Shown piece by piece: positions 50,551 to 61,637 of a DNA stretch of 64,000 nt. Location of the stretch: the NCBI GenBank assembly GCA_036172245.1, contig JAYWIR010000011.1, forward strand, positions 4,526,001-4,590,000, written 5' to 3'. How positions within the stretch are numbered: the stretch's first letter is position 1; each line of letters opens with the position of its first letter. The DNA is from Raillietiella orientalis (lineage: Eukaryota). The notes beneath the pieces were generated by a model that was not told where the DNA came from, did no database searches, and saw nothing but the letters and a program-made list of their open reading frames with translations. The position numbers and the translations under genes were made by a program.

Positions 50551-52832
50551 TTTTCACGCGGATTTCGCCGGGGCGTTTATTTAAAAACAAACTTGAAGAA
50601 AGACGTCAGTGGATGTAGCAATGCTCCAGCGACGCACGAGGAAACACAAAGCCTGCCGGGTGACCGGTTGTCAGACATCAGAGCGGTTCGGTGCACGAAG
50701 GCAGCAGGGGTAAGGGGGTAAAACAGAAAACAAAAGAAAAAGAAAAAAAAGAGTGGGGAGGAACGTGAAGGGATCAGTGTTGCTGCTGGGGCCGCGTTGC
50801 ATCCTTCTCAGGATGTCGGCAATGTCTTCTTGTTCTCGCGGATCCAGGTGGGGCCATGGCGACGCACTCCTCAGGAAATGGGCGGCGCCCTGGACGGCAT
50901 CCTTATCGCGTGGTGCATCCGTTGCGGGGGTCCATGCGTCGACGATGCCGCGAAGGCAGCCCTAGGCTGCTATCGAGGCTGCTGGCCGAAGGGCAACACA
51001 ATCCACAACGAGGTGGAGGAAGGAGTCCCGTTCAGCACACCTAACACAATTGGGATCGAACGCTGCCCAGGTCCAGTGGTGTCGGAAGTCGCTGCAGAGC
51101 AGTCACCAATGCTTGAACAGTAGAGCCGACTGCTGCCATTTGAAGGGGAGGGTGAAAGTGTTCATGAGCACCGGGGGCCACTTAAGATGTTCAATGGGAA
51201 CATGGAGAAGCGCGCCCCAGCGCAGAAGTGTATTGGGAGGCGCACTGGGAATCGCAGCGTCTGTTCACTAGCCCGTCTTCCACACTCCCTGCTTCTTCTC
51301 CTTTCCGGAGATGGATACTTTATTCTCCCACTTCGCAGCAACATCGCTGTCGTGATATTCGATTAGGGAGGCCAGCGCAGCAGCAAGGGGGGTTCTTCCT
51401 GACCGCGCTTCCTTCTTGGGATCCTCCAGGATCTCTCGGAGCGTGCAACTTCTGTAGCTGGCAAACGGGAACCGTCGTTCCTGTTGGGCGCGTTGCATGG
51501 CGCACTGTGCCCACGAGCGAACGGTTTCCTGGAACCAGGCACTACCGTTCGCAGGGGCGACAGGTGATCCATCCGTGGTTTTTCCGAACCCAGGCAGCCA
51601 CCCTCCGCAGCTGGAGCCCACATCTGTTGATGCGGGAACGATGGAGTAAAAGACAGGGTGTGAGTCCCGTCTACCCGGTGGCTTTCTTGACAAGGACACG
51701 TGCAGAAACGCACCAGCAGGTGCACCACAACTGCGGCACATAGTCCAATATCGGGAACTGGAGTTGAGGCACCATACGCTCCAACGTCAGGATGCCTAGA
51801 CCGCGATCCTGACGAGCGGTAGCGCACAAGTCCTTCAAGCGCACTAGGAGCCTGCCGTTGCCCCAAAGCGCGATACGGAGGAGGTCTTTCGTCCGCTTTT
51901 TGATCCACTCTGTGGGAAGGGGCGAAGAAAAAGCAGGGAACGGAGGAGATGAGCCGCGAACGTGTTGCAAACCGCGGCCCGTTCCGGTAGAAAACAGATG
52001 TCGCCTCGGATCGGGACGATCGCCGTCTCCACTTTTTGTAGGCAGCCGGAACACGTTTGCGCCGGGGAATAGCCCCCAACTGTACACCAAGGTACTTGAA
52101 GTACCTAATTGTGGGTATCCTCAAAGGGACCCGGTCTTGCTTCCCTGCCCAAGCCGCACCAACTTTCATTACGGACGACTTCGCCCTGTTCACCTTAAGT
52201 CCCGTTCCTCGATTCAGCAGGTCGAAGTACTCGACCGCCGAAGCCAGGGTGGACATAGGGAGCAGCAGCAGAAGATCGTCCGCGTACGCTGAAACGGCCG
52301 GCGTACCGGCACAGTCGTGCGGCAGGTGCGACACAGTTTCCCTGTACGCACTCAGTACCAACTCAAAGTAGGTACTGAAGAGAAAGGGACTAAGGCTGTC
52401 TGCCTGCCGTATCCCACGCCGAACCGGCACGACGTGCACGGTCTGCCCGCTGAAAGAAACTTTGATGAGCGCACCGCGCCAGCTTAAGCGCATATAGGCC
52501 AATAATAAGACCGGGAAAGCCAAGCGTTCCAAAAGCTCAAGCAGGAGATTCTGGTCGACGCAGTCGAATGCCCTGAGTAAGCCGACGGCGACCGCAAGGG
52601 CGCCCTCCCCCACCCGACCATCCGACCCCTTGCCGGCGCACGCACCGGAATTCCGGCTGCGTACCAAGCTCCCTTCTTGTTGGAGCTCTAGCCAGGTGGA
52701 AGCTTGGAACAGGTTCGCCTCCATGCTTCGCCCGGGAACAGCATATGTGTGTTCAGTGCTGATTAAGGCGTTTGCTACCCGTCCCAGGCGCTCTGCCCAA
52801 ACCTTTGCTAGCAACTTGGCGTGCGCATTTAT
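50551..52832 (-). mobile_element. 5'-truncated, frameshifted L1/Tx1-like LINE (RT, C-terminus, 3' UTR)
   Basis: ORF 51363-52898 contains KLLAKVWAERL, YAVPGRSM, RAFDCV, RRGIRQADSLSPFLF, AYADDLLL and FKYLGV. The C-terminus lies in shifted frames, followed by a T-rich UTR and the terminal motif at 50551-50581. Confidence 0.93.
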
Positions 52833-53939
52833 TCGACTGCATCGACCAGCAGTTTCTTCTGCACGTTGCGTTACGCATGCGTTTCCCGTACTCTTCAACT
52901 ACTTTCTGCGCACGTGCCGGGGCAGCGCGCTAACCAACATTTCTTCCAGAGGACCAAAGGTGTACACTGTGGCGGTGCGCGACGGCACACGGCTGGCCGC
53001 AAGCCTGGGCCGCTTGCCCTTCAGCACCTTCCACGATTTGTTGTTGACTCCGTACGGGGGGACTCCGGCTCGCCTGAAATATAATGCCCAAGCGCGCCGG
53101 CCGTGTCGGCGTCCGCCGACTATTTTCTTTTGGTACTCTACATGTCAACACCGTAGTCGGGGCTCGAAGATTTCTTCGAGCTATTAGGCTGCGGGACTGG
53201 ACTGGAGGTGAACAGGACGAACAAAGCGAACCCGTCCTTGGTAGCATTCGGTTCAGCGTTGGCAGGACATCTGGACTGGATATACTTTTCGATCCTTGCG
53301 GTTCAGTACTTGAAGTAGCACGGTGCACTGCCGAGGGACTATTCCCCGGAGGAGGCGTAGTGCAGCTGCCTCCAGAAGACAGCGTCGGCGTTCGACGCAT
53401 TCCAGCATGGCTCGTTTCCGTTGCAGAAACAAGCCGCGGTGTGGATGACGTATGCGAGCAGCTCTTCGGCCTTGCTCTTGTTGTTTGCACCCCAGAGAGT
53501 GGAACTGAAAGGCGGGCGAAGGACTGCCTGAGAATGCATTTCATGGACTCATCCCCCTGAAGGACTTGTGCGCTCCGTGTCGAGACGGAATTCTCGTCCT
53601 GCTGACGCTGTGGCGCCTGGAACGGTAGCTTCAGTAGAAGACGCTGACCCCAGTGACGAACCTGTGGAGCACAAAGCGGTGCCAGCACGCACGATACCCG
53701 TTGCCTTCGTCTGGGGTGACCGTCTTCGTTCCTGGCGGATTAAACGCAACGTGCTCTGCTGCGGTCTGGAACAACGGAGGGTGGCCAAGGCGAACCAGGA
53801 CCAGCAAGGAGATTTTCTACCTGCCGGCGAACGGCAGGTAGAAAATCGCACGTGGGAAAAAAACAACGGAGCGAGTATGGAGATGCAGAAGCGACTGCCG
53901 CACTCGTTCTACGACAACCGCTCGCTGCAAGTCGTTCCT

Positions 53940-54385
53940 TGCTTTTCTGAAGAGGATCTGAAGAGTGGCTTCGGAATAGTAAGAAAATGGTGGTCCCCGA
54001 AGAAAGCGAAACTCTTCTTTGCATTCTGCAGAGTTGTCATGCCTCCGGGCGCTCCATGACACGAGGCACGATGGGTTCCATCGAAGAGGGGGGGAGCGGC
54101 TCGCTTGCTCAACCAGAGGGGATGTTCGATGGGAACCGTGTTTTTCGATTCTGCTTCCCCCTGGAAGGTGCACGGAGGGTGGTATCCCGATCCTGGCCAC
54201 TTCTCGACGCTATTCGATACGAAACGCTACTGGCCACTGAACCGAATGCAGCAGCGGCATTATGCGGGTGAAGCTGGAAGGCTGCACGCATCACCATCTC
54301 TTGGCGTGGTTTCTTTCCGAGTGTTGCCATTCGCCAGTGTTGCTGTTGCGCCCGGAACCCGCAGCCACGCGGCCCGCCATGCGGG
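53940..54385 (-). mobile_element. Old degenerate copy of the SINE-like family
   Basis: CATCACCATCTCTTGGCGTGGTTTCTTTCCGAGTGTT (54288-54326) matches CACCCCCATCTC..TCGGCGTCGATTCTTTCCGAGTATT of 19428-19467. B-boxes have decayed. Confidence 0.5.
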
Positions 54386-55113
54386 CCGTCGAAAGAAGTG
54401 AGGCACACTGTAGTTCGAGCTGGGGCACGAGGAGCACCACTGGCGCTGTTCGCCTGCCAGGCAGTGAACCGGAACGCCTTCCTGCGTTAGGAGGTTGGCC
54501 ACCGGTGCGGCAACCAAAAGGTGCGTCTCGGAAAACATGGTCTCCTGCAAACCCTCGGAATCACGTACTCAAATACTGAAGGTTCAGTTTCCGTCCAGGT
54601 GCCAGCGAGGTCGCCACGCGCCGCACACGTGTGCGCCGCCTCAGCGGAGGTACATGCGCCAGTTTGAACCCGTACGCGATGAAAAATGTCCTGCAGCACG
54701 GCAGTGCTGAAGAGCGGCACTTGGTATCGGCTGGCAAACACTAGAGATGCTGAGCGTCGGCACGTCCATCACGAACGATGAAGGAAGCACCCGAAAAGAA
54801 TACGCGTCCAGTACGTCGCACTAGTGTTTCGCTTTCCCAACTATGTGCTGGAAGAGTCGGCTCCTCCTCCGGCTGGCTCATGCGCACCCCTTCATCTCGG
54901 TCAGCGGACGCAGCGCTGCTTCCGATGCAGCGGTTGTGAGCGTCGAAGTGCCACAGGCGTCGGCGGCACGCTGGAAGCAGGTGGCGCCAGCCAGGAAGCG
55001 AGATGCCGCACGTGCAGGGACTTGCGCGCGCGCCCCAGCAAACCAACCCAAACCCCTTTTCCCCAACCAACAGGAGATTGGAATTGATCCATTTCTCATA
55101 GGAATTTATTGAT

Positions 55114-55890
55114 TCATCTCCTACGGCGACGCTGTGGAGCAACGCAAACGAGCAATCTACGGAAAAAATTTCCGATCCTGGACTTGGCGTTTGGGTAGGG
55201 CGGGGCGCTGTCAGCAGGGTGCGAGCCTTGCGCGCTGGCATTCCCGCTGGCACTCGGCTCGAAGCTGCTCACGGCCCCCGTTCCGGAGCAGCTTGGTTGC
55301 TGGCCAGCGCTGCCGTGTGCGGCGCGCACGTCCTCCGCCAAGGACGGCGAGCCGTCGGCGAGCGGGACTCCTGCCGGCACGTGCTCGGGCCCAGATGGGC
55401 GGACACGGACTCTCACCAGGAGACAGATGGGCCCGGCATGGACAACGAAGGCGCCCGGAGTCCTAATTGCTTCCTGATCCAGCCACGCTTCTCCACAGTG
55501 CGGGCAGATCGGATTCAGGAGAAGTACCTTCTCACCTTGCCCAGAAGATGAATGCGGGTTGGGCGCCTCGGGTGCAGACGCACACGGATCCGCTTCGATC
55601 GGGTGGACCTCCCGCGTAGGCGAATGCATTCTCTTGGCCAACGTGCAGGAAGACGGGCCGGCCGAGCAAAACGTGCCGCAGGCCTCTCCAGGCACGCCGG
55701 AGCACAGATCGATCTGCACGTGGCCCTCGTCCTCGTCGATCCAAGGCAGCTCCTCGAGATACAGTCCAGAAAGCGCGCACGACCCCTCCGCCCCCGGGGA
55801 CGATGAGCGCCAAGCAATCTCCTCGTAGGACGGCCTTTCCATCTTGCAGTCGTCGCTCGTTGCAACGGTGCCGCGGTCCTTGGAAGTCAT
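55114..55890 (-). CDS. Hypothetical protein (258-aa orphan ORF)
   Basis: ATG-initiated with protein-like composition, a CPHC motif and an amphipathic basic C-terminus. No recognised family, and the GC-rich context allows chance ORFs. Confidence 0.3.
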   Translation of the reverse strand: MTSKDRGTVATSDDCKMERPSYEEIAWRSSSPGAEGSCALSGLYLEELPWIDEDEGHVQIDLCSGVPGEACGTFCSAGPSSCTLAKRMHSPTREVHPIEADPCASAPEAPNPHSSSGQGEKVLLLNPICPHCGEAWLDQEAIRTPGAFVVHAGPICLLVRVRVRPSGPEHVPAGVPLADGSPSLAEDVRAAHGSAGQQPSCSGTGAVSSFEPSASGNASAQGSHPADSAPPYPNAKSRIGNFFRRLLVCVAPQRRRRR

Positions 55891-57194
55891 CTTCTCACTT
55901 CTAACTTCTCGTTTCTCACTATGAAAGTGCTAGCTGCCTCGCAATTGGAAAGCAAAATTTCATTCCAAAGAGAAACCATGGAAACGAGATTGTAGACTGG
56001 AGACTGCATGCAGGCTGGAGAGACTTGCCTGATCGAAGGTCGCTGAGCGAACGACGTCGAAGTTCCTTCTCGTGTGTAGGAGACGTTCCAGTTGGTGAAT
56101 GTCCGGCGCTGGGTAGCGTGGTCCGAGGACGAGACATTTGAAGAAAACGTGGCATCCTTTGTGGCGCTTGTGAATTGCTCAGGGAGCCAGGCGTAAGAGC
56201 AGGGGCATTGGTAGAAGATTGAGCTGCCCGCCGTGGGAAGGGAAGTGAAGGTTGCAAGTGGGATGGTCGGCGCGCTGGCTGCGAGGACTGTGACTTCGGG
56301 AATAGTGAGCTGGAACTGACGGTGAGCGGGAAAATGGAAGCGCAAGAGCTGTAGAGCACAGCAGACGAATGGGAGCGGATTGCATCAGCAAGGAAGGTCT
56401 CTGACGAGGAAGGCGAAAAGTGCGCTTTGGGGATAGGAGCTGCAGAGGAAACAGGCTGTTGACCATTTTCGCAATGGGCGTGGCGCAAAGGCAATTCTTG
56501 CGGGCAAATTGGGATCGGCGCACGTGCCTGTTTTTCTTCACCCCTTCCGCAATGCTGTTTCAGGAGTCGCAGTGGTGATCCTTTTTCCCGGATGTGCGTC
56601 TTGGGACCAAGGAGGTGTCAGCACTACCAGATGCAAGCGTGGTGCCTGCACTGTGCATGCACCGAGGGACTTCCCCCTCAGAGATGTGCTAGTTGACGTT
56701 GCAGGCGAAAGCCAAGTCGTGCAAACAAGAACACGTTCGCGTGGGCATTTGCTAGCAGTGAAGCGTGGACAGCGCTGCGTAACACGTGTGGTAAAGGGTT
56801 GCCGGTTTCAGAACGAGGCGGAACTTCCCTATGAAGCAGTGGATGGGTCAGGGTAGCGATGGACCTCATCCTAGCCTGCGAGCCCGACGGAAAAGTTGTG
56901 GGTTCCTGCCCGAGGGTGATTGCAAGATGCAGGCAAAACGGAGAAGTGCAATCCCGATCCCCTTGGGAGCAGATTCGCAGCGAGGTGGATCGCTTGCCGT
57001 CGTTGTCAGAGCGGAAGGTTCAGGGCATGCGGGTAGCGCCTTACTTCCGCGACAACAGCGTGGCTGAATGACCGTCAGCTGGTCGATGTTTTTGCACGGA
57101 GTTGCAATGCTTTCCTCCACAAGTCTGCTGCCAGCATAGTACTGGTGTTCACGGGGATGGTGAGTGCGATGTGTTTTCGGCGAGAGACCGTTGA

Positions 57195-58750
57195 CCGGGG
57201 TGGACATAGGGAGCAGCAGCAGAAGGTCTTCCGCGTACGTTGAAACGGCCGGCGTATCGGCACAGTCGTGCGGCAGGTGCGCCAGAGTTTCCCTGTACGC
57301 TCTCAGTACCAACTCAAAGTAGGTACTGAAGAGCAAGGGGCTCAGGCTGTCTCCCTGCCGGATCCTACGCCGCACCGGCACGCCGTGCAAGGTATGCCCG
57401 CTGAAAGTAACGTTGATGAGGGCGTCGCGCCAGCTGGAGTCAGATAGGCTACTAATGAGGCCGGGAAGCCCAAGCGTTCCAGAAGCTCCAGAAGGAGATT
57501 CTGGTAGACGCAATCGAATGCTTTCCGCAAGTCGACTGCGACCGCAAGGGCTCCCTCCCCCACCCGACCATCTGATCCTTTGCCGGCGCACGCACTGGAA
57601 TTCCGGCTGCGTACCAAGCTCCTTTCTTGCTGGAGATCTAGCCAGGTGGAAGCGTGGAACAGATTCGCCTCCTTGCTTCGCCCGGGAACAGCAAATGTCT
57701 GTTCCGGGCTGATGAAGATGTTGGCAACCCGTCCCAACCTCTCTGCCCAAACCTTAGCCAGCAACTTGGCGTCCGCATTCACTATTGTGATGGGACGCCA
57801 GTTGTTCATGCTCCTCAGATCTCCTCCCTCAGGGAGGGGCCGCACCTTTGCCGAACGAAACGAGGCGGGAACGTCACCTGTTTCGCGTATCAGCAAGGTG
57901 AGTTGCTGTACCAGCAAGTTAAGCTCAGCCGCGAAATTTTGGTAAAACTCCGCGGGCAGGCCGTCCTCCCCTGGAGCCTTGCGCCTCTTGAGCTTTCCGA
58001 TGGCCGAGAGGATCTCGTCCATCGTGAAAGGCTCGTCGAGGGTCTTTGTCTCCTCCTCCCCGATCGCTGGAGCGCCTTCCGGAAGCAAGAGTCGTGAGAC
58101 ATTCCTCTCCGGAGGTGCCCTGGCATACATGGAGGAGTAGTATCTCCGCAGCAGGCCGCGGATTTGGGCGGGTGCCAAGTGCTCCTGGCCCTGATCGTCC
58201 AGCAAGCTGGCCGATCCCGACTGCCAGGCTCGCCTCTCGGCTCCCGCTTTGTATTCCGCCAGCCTGCGGATGTCGAGGGTCCTGGCGTAACGACGGGCCT
58301 GCAGATAGGCTCGTTTGTTACGGATCCCGGTCCCAAAACCCGTAGGTAGGCGGTGCAGAGGGAACTGGTCGCAGAACTCCTGGACCGACCGCTTGAAGCG
58401 GTCCTAATCCTGGAGTGTCCGCAGCCTGAAGCTCCGTACGAACGTGCGGAGATGTTCCTCCGCGTCCGGGAGCTTCAGCCAGTCCCCTGGGAGACGCCAC
58501 GCTGACCAGGGGGGGCCCCCTGTCGCGCGGATGGATCTCGAGAACTATTGGGCGATGGTCGGACAGCTCGCACGGTAACTTGCCGCGCCTGCCCACGCGA
58601 GGGCACAGGTGCTCGTCAAGAAACACGTGGTCGATGCTGTCTTCCATCCCCGGTGCACTGGCCAACAAATTACAGGTGTGCACCGCCATGCACACCTCGT
58701 TGACCAGGTCACGCTCGTGATTCTGCCCATCTGGTTTCAGGCGAACGTTG
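57195..58750 (-). mobile_element. Internal L1/Tx1-like LINE fragment (end of APE endonuclease, linker, RT)
   Basis: DSIDHVFL and LSDHRPIVL (endonuclease); KAPGEDGLPAEFY, NWRPITIVNADAK, VDLRKAFDCV and IRQGDSLSPLLF (RT). Frameshifted and truncated at both ends. Confidence 0.93.
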
Positions 58751-58753
58751 AAA

Positions 58754-61637
58754 TTTTTTACCTGGTCACGCCGGGACGTTTATTGATATGAAGAAGCTAG
58801 AAACATTTGTTTCCAGCCCACGACTATGAAGACATGCAGCGGAGATTACCCACTGGCATGCAGGCCAGAAAAACGGAAGAACACGGACGACTGAGGGGAG
58901 TCCAAAAACAAAAGCAAAAGCAAAAAAAAAAAAAAAAATTTTTAAACTGGAGGAGTGGGCCAGGGAACTTTGGTGACGCTCCGCATTCACCGGGAAACTC
59001 AAAAGTTTCAGCACCAAAACCACTGCGAAGCGTATAGGGAAAAGGACGCGAGAACAAAAAAATCAATTAAAAATAAAATGAGGGCGGATCACCGGGTTCG
59101 TCGTTCTAAGCCGTTTCTCATCCGGCGATGGATACCGGTTAGGTGCTCCGTTGTGTCTTCCCATAAGTGTCGCCACCCAGCTGCCGACCTGATAAAGTCG
59201 CCTGCCTTCCTGGTGACACAACATTGCTGTCCAGTGTTCTCCAGCACGTCTCGGACCGTGACGATGGCGCGGATGCAACCAACAGTGGAAATCGTCGCAG
59301 CCATCGAAAGTCCTTGTGGCTGGAAGAACCGTCGCAGCACTTCTCGAGCGGTTTCCCCCGGAAGCGGGAGAGCTGCTGCTAGCCTCCGTCAGAGTTCCTG
59401 GAGGACACCGCAGTCCATAACAAGGTGCGGGAACGACTCCGTCGCCCCGCACCGGGCACAGTAGGGAGAAGCCACCCCACTGGAAACTCGGTGGCGCCGC
59501 TCGTTGTAGCGCAAGCCCCAGTGCAAGAAGAGCAAGACGTCTTGCTTCCATGCAAGGGGAAACACCGAACCGTCCAAACACCAAGGAGGGATTGTAAGTT
59601 CCTCGGGGGCAACACCTAGTGCTTCTCCCCACCGAAGTAATCCCTTTGGTGCTGCACGAGGAGTTGCGGCATCCGCAAGCTCGCTCGTGGCTATTCGCCA
59701 ACTGGTTTTGTTCTTCCTGCAATGGTGCAAGAGAACTCCCACTTCGCCGGCTGGCTACTGTCATCTCGATCCTCGAGTGCAGACAGTGCTTCGGCGAGGG
59801 GCGTGGCGGCCAGGGAGGAAAACTTCACCTCGTCCTGCATGACATCTTGGAGGGACCAAGGTTGAAATCGACGCAGGGGGCGGAGATCTTCACGGCTCAT
59901 TCCTAAGGATACAGCCCAAGAATTAGTGGATTCCTGCCGCCAAGCATTGTAGTTCATCGGGCAGCAGGAAATCCACGCATTGGCTTCCAATAGGGAGGCG
60001 ATTTGCCTCAGAGGATAGCCAAATCCCTGTTTCCTGTGACGCATGCCAGGCACCAAGGAAAGAAGTCCTTCACTGCCTGCACACCTCCTTAGGAGGATGC
60101 GCGCGGGCGCACACAGGGGGGAAGTCCATAGCTCAGCACACAGTGCGAGCATCCGGAACTGCACTTGCAGTCCGATTCTCTCCATCGTAAGGATGCCAAG
60201 ACCAGCATCCCGACGTGGAGCTGCGAGGTCTTTCAGGCGGATCCTGGATCGCGCCGGACCCCAGAGTGCGTTCCTTAGCAGGCGTTTTGCCTGCTCTTTG
60301 GCCGCGTAGGGGGGGTCCAAGACAAAAAACCGGGGTCGAAGGAGGGGGGCTACGAAAGTGTTCCAAATAGTTGCCCGTTCCGGCAAGGTGAACTTGCCGT
60401 TAGTGAACGGGCTGGCTGCCAACTCTGCCTTTTGAAGGCAGTCCGACCACGCCTCGGCAGAACCGAGGTCGCCCAGCGGAACTCCAAGGTACTTGAAATA
60501 CCCTGCCGTGGGGATCCTCAGGCGGATCCAGTCGGACTGCCCCTCCCACGACGCTTCTACAGGTACGACCACGCTCTTCTTCCGGTTGACACTCACGCCC
60601 GCTCCCCGACGAATCAGTTCGAAGAAATCTTCGACACTGGCCGCCGGGGTGGACATGGGGAGCAGAAGAAGCAGGTCGTCTGCATAGGCAGCCACGGCAG
60701 GCGTACCCGGGCAGGAGCTAGGCAGGTACTCCAGCGTCAGCCTGTATGCCCTCAGCACCAACTGGAAGAAGATGCTGAAGAGCAACGAGCTTAAGCTGTC
60801 ACCCTGTCTGATGCCCCTGCGCACGGGAATACCGTACACGTGGCAGCCGCTAAAAGAAATGCAGGTTAGCGCGTGGCGCCAGCAAGCGCGTAAGTACTTC
60901 AGGAGATACGCCGGGAGACCCAGGCGTTCCAAGAGCTCTAATAAGAGCCCTTGGTTCACGCAATCGAACGCCTTGTGCAGGTCGACTGCGACCGCCAAGG
61001 CACCAGGCGTACCCTCCTGCCGCTTCTGTCGATACCGTGTGCCTTTGGCAGCGGCCTTGGACACGGATCGGCTTTGCTGCGCTACGCGCTCCTGCAGCTG
61101 CATCCAGGTGCGGGCAAACGGGAGGTTTGCGTCCATGGACCGCCCGGGAACAGCGTAAGTCTGCTCCAGGCTTACCAAGGACTGCGCGATTCTCCCTAGC
61201 CGCGAAACCCACAGCTTAGAGAACAACTTGACGTCCGAGTTCAACATGGTGATCGGACGCCAGTTGTTGAGATGGCGTGCGTCTCCACCTTTCGGCAGGA
61301 GACGCACCCTCGCTGAGCGGAAGGAATTGGGGACATCCCCCGAGACCCTCATCAACGAGGAGAGGCTAAGCACCAGAGGGACGAGTTCCTTCGAGAAGCT
61401 CTGATAGAACTCCGCGGGTAGCCCGTCCTCACCTGGTGCTTTTCGTCTCTTGAGTCCCGCGATAGCGGAGGAAATTTCCTCTGCTGTGAAGGACTCGTCG
61501 AGACATGCGCGTTCCTCTTCGCTAACAACGGGAGCATCCTGGGACAGAAGTATCTCCGAAAAGATATTTTCCGTAGGCGCTTCCGCGTATAGCGAGGAGT
61601 AATAACGCCTTACGATGCGGCGAATACCTGCCGACAT
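58754..61637 (-). mobile_element. 5'-truncated L1/Tx1-like LINE with intact RT domain, C-terminal zinc-binding motif and 3' UTR
   Basis: The 648-aa ORF 59691-61637 has the RT motifs (KAPGEDG, NWRPITMLN, DLHKAFD, RGIRQGD, YADD, KYLG). After a frameshift comes CARCGATESFPHLVMDC. Terminal motif at 58754-58784. Confidence 0.96.
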
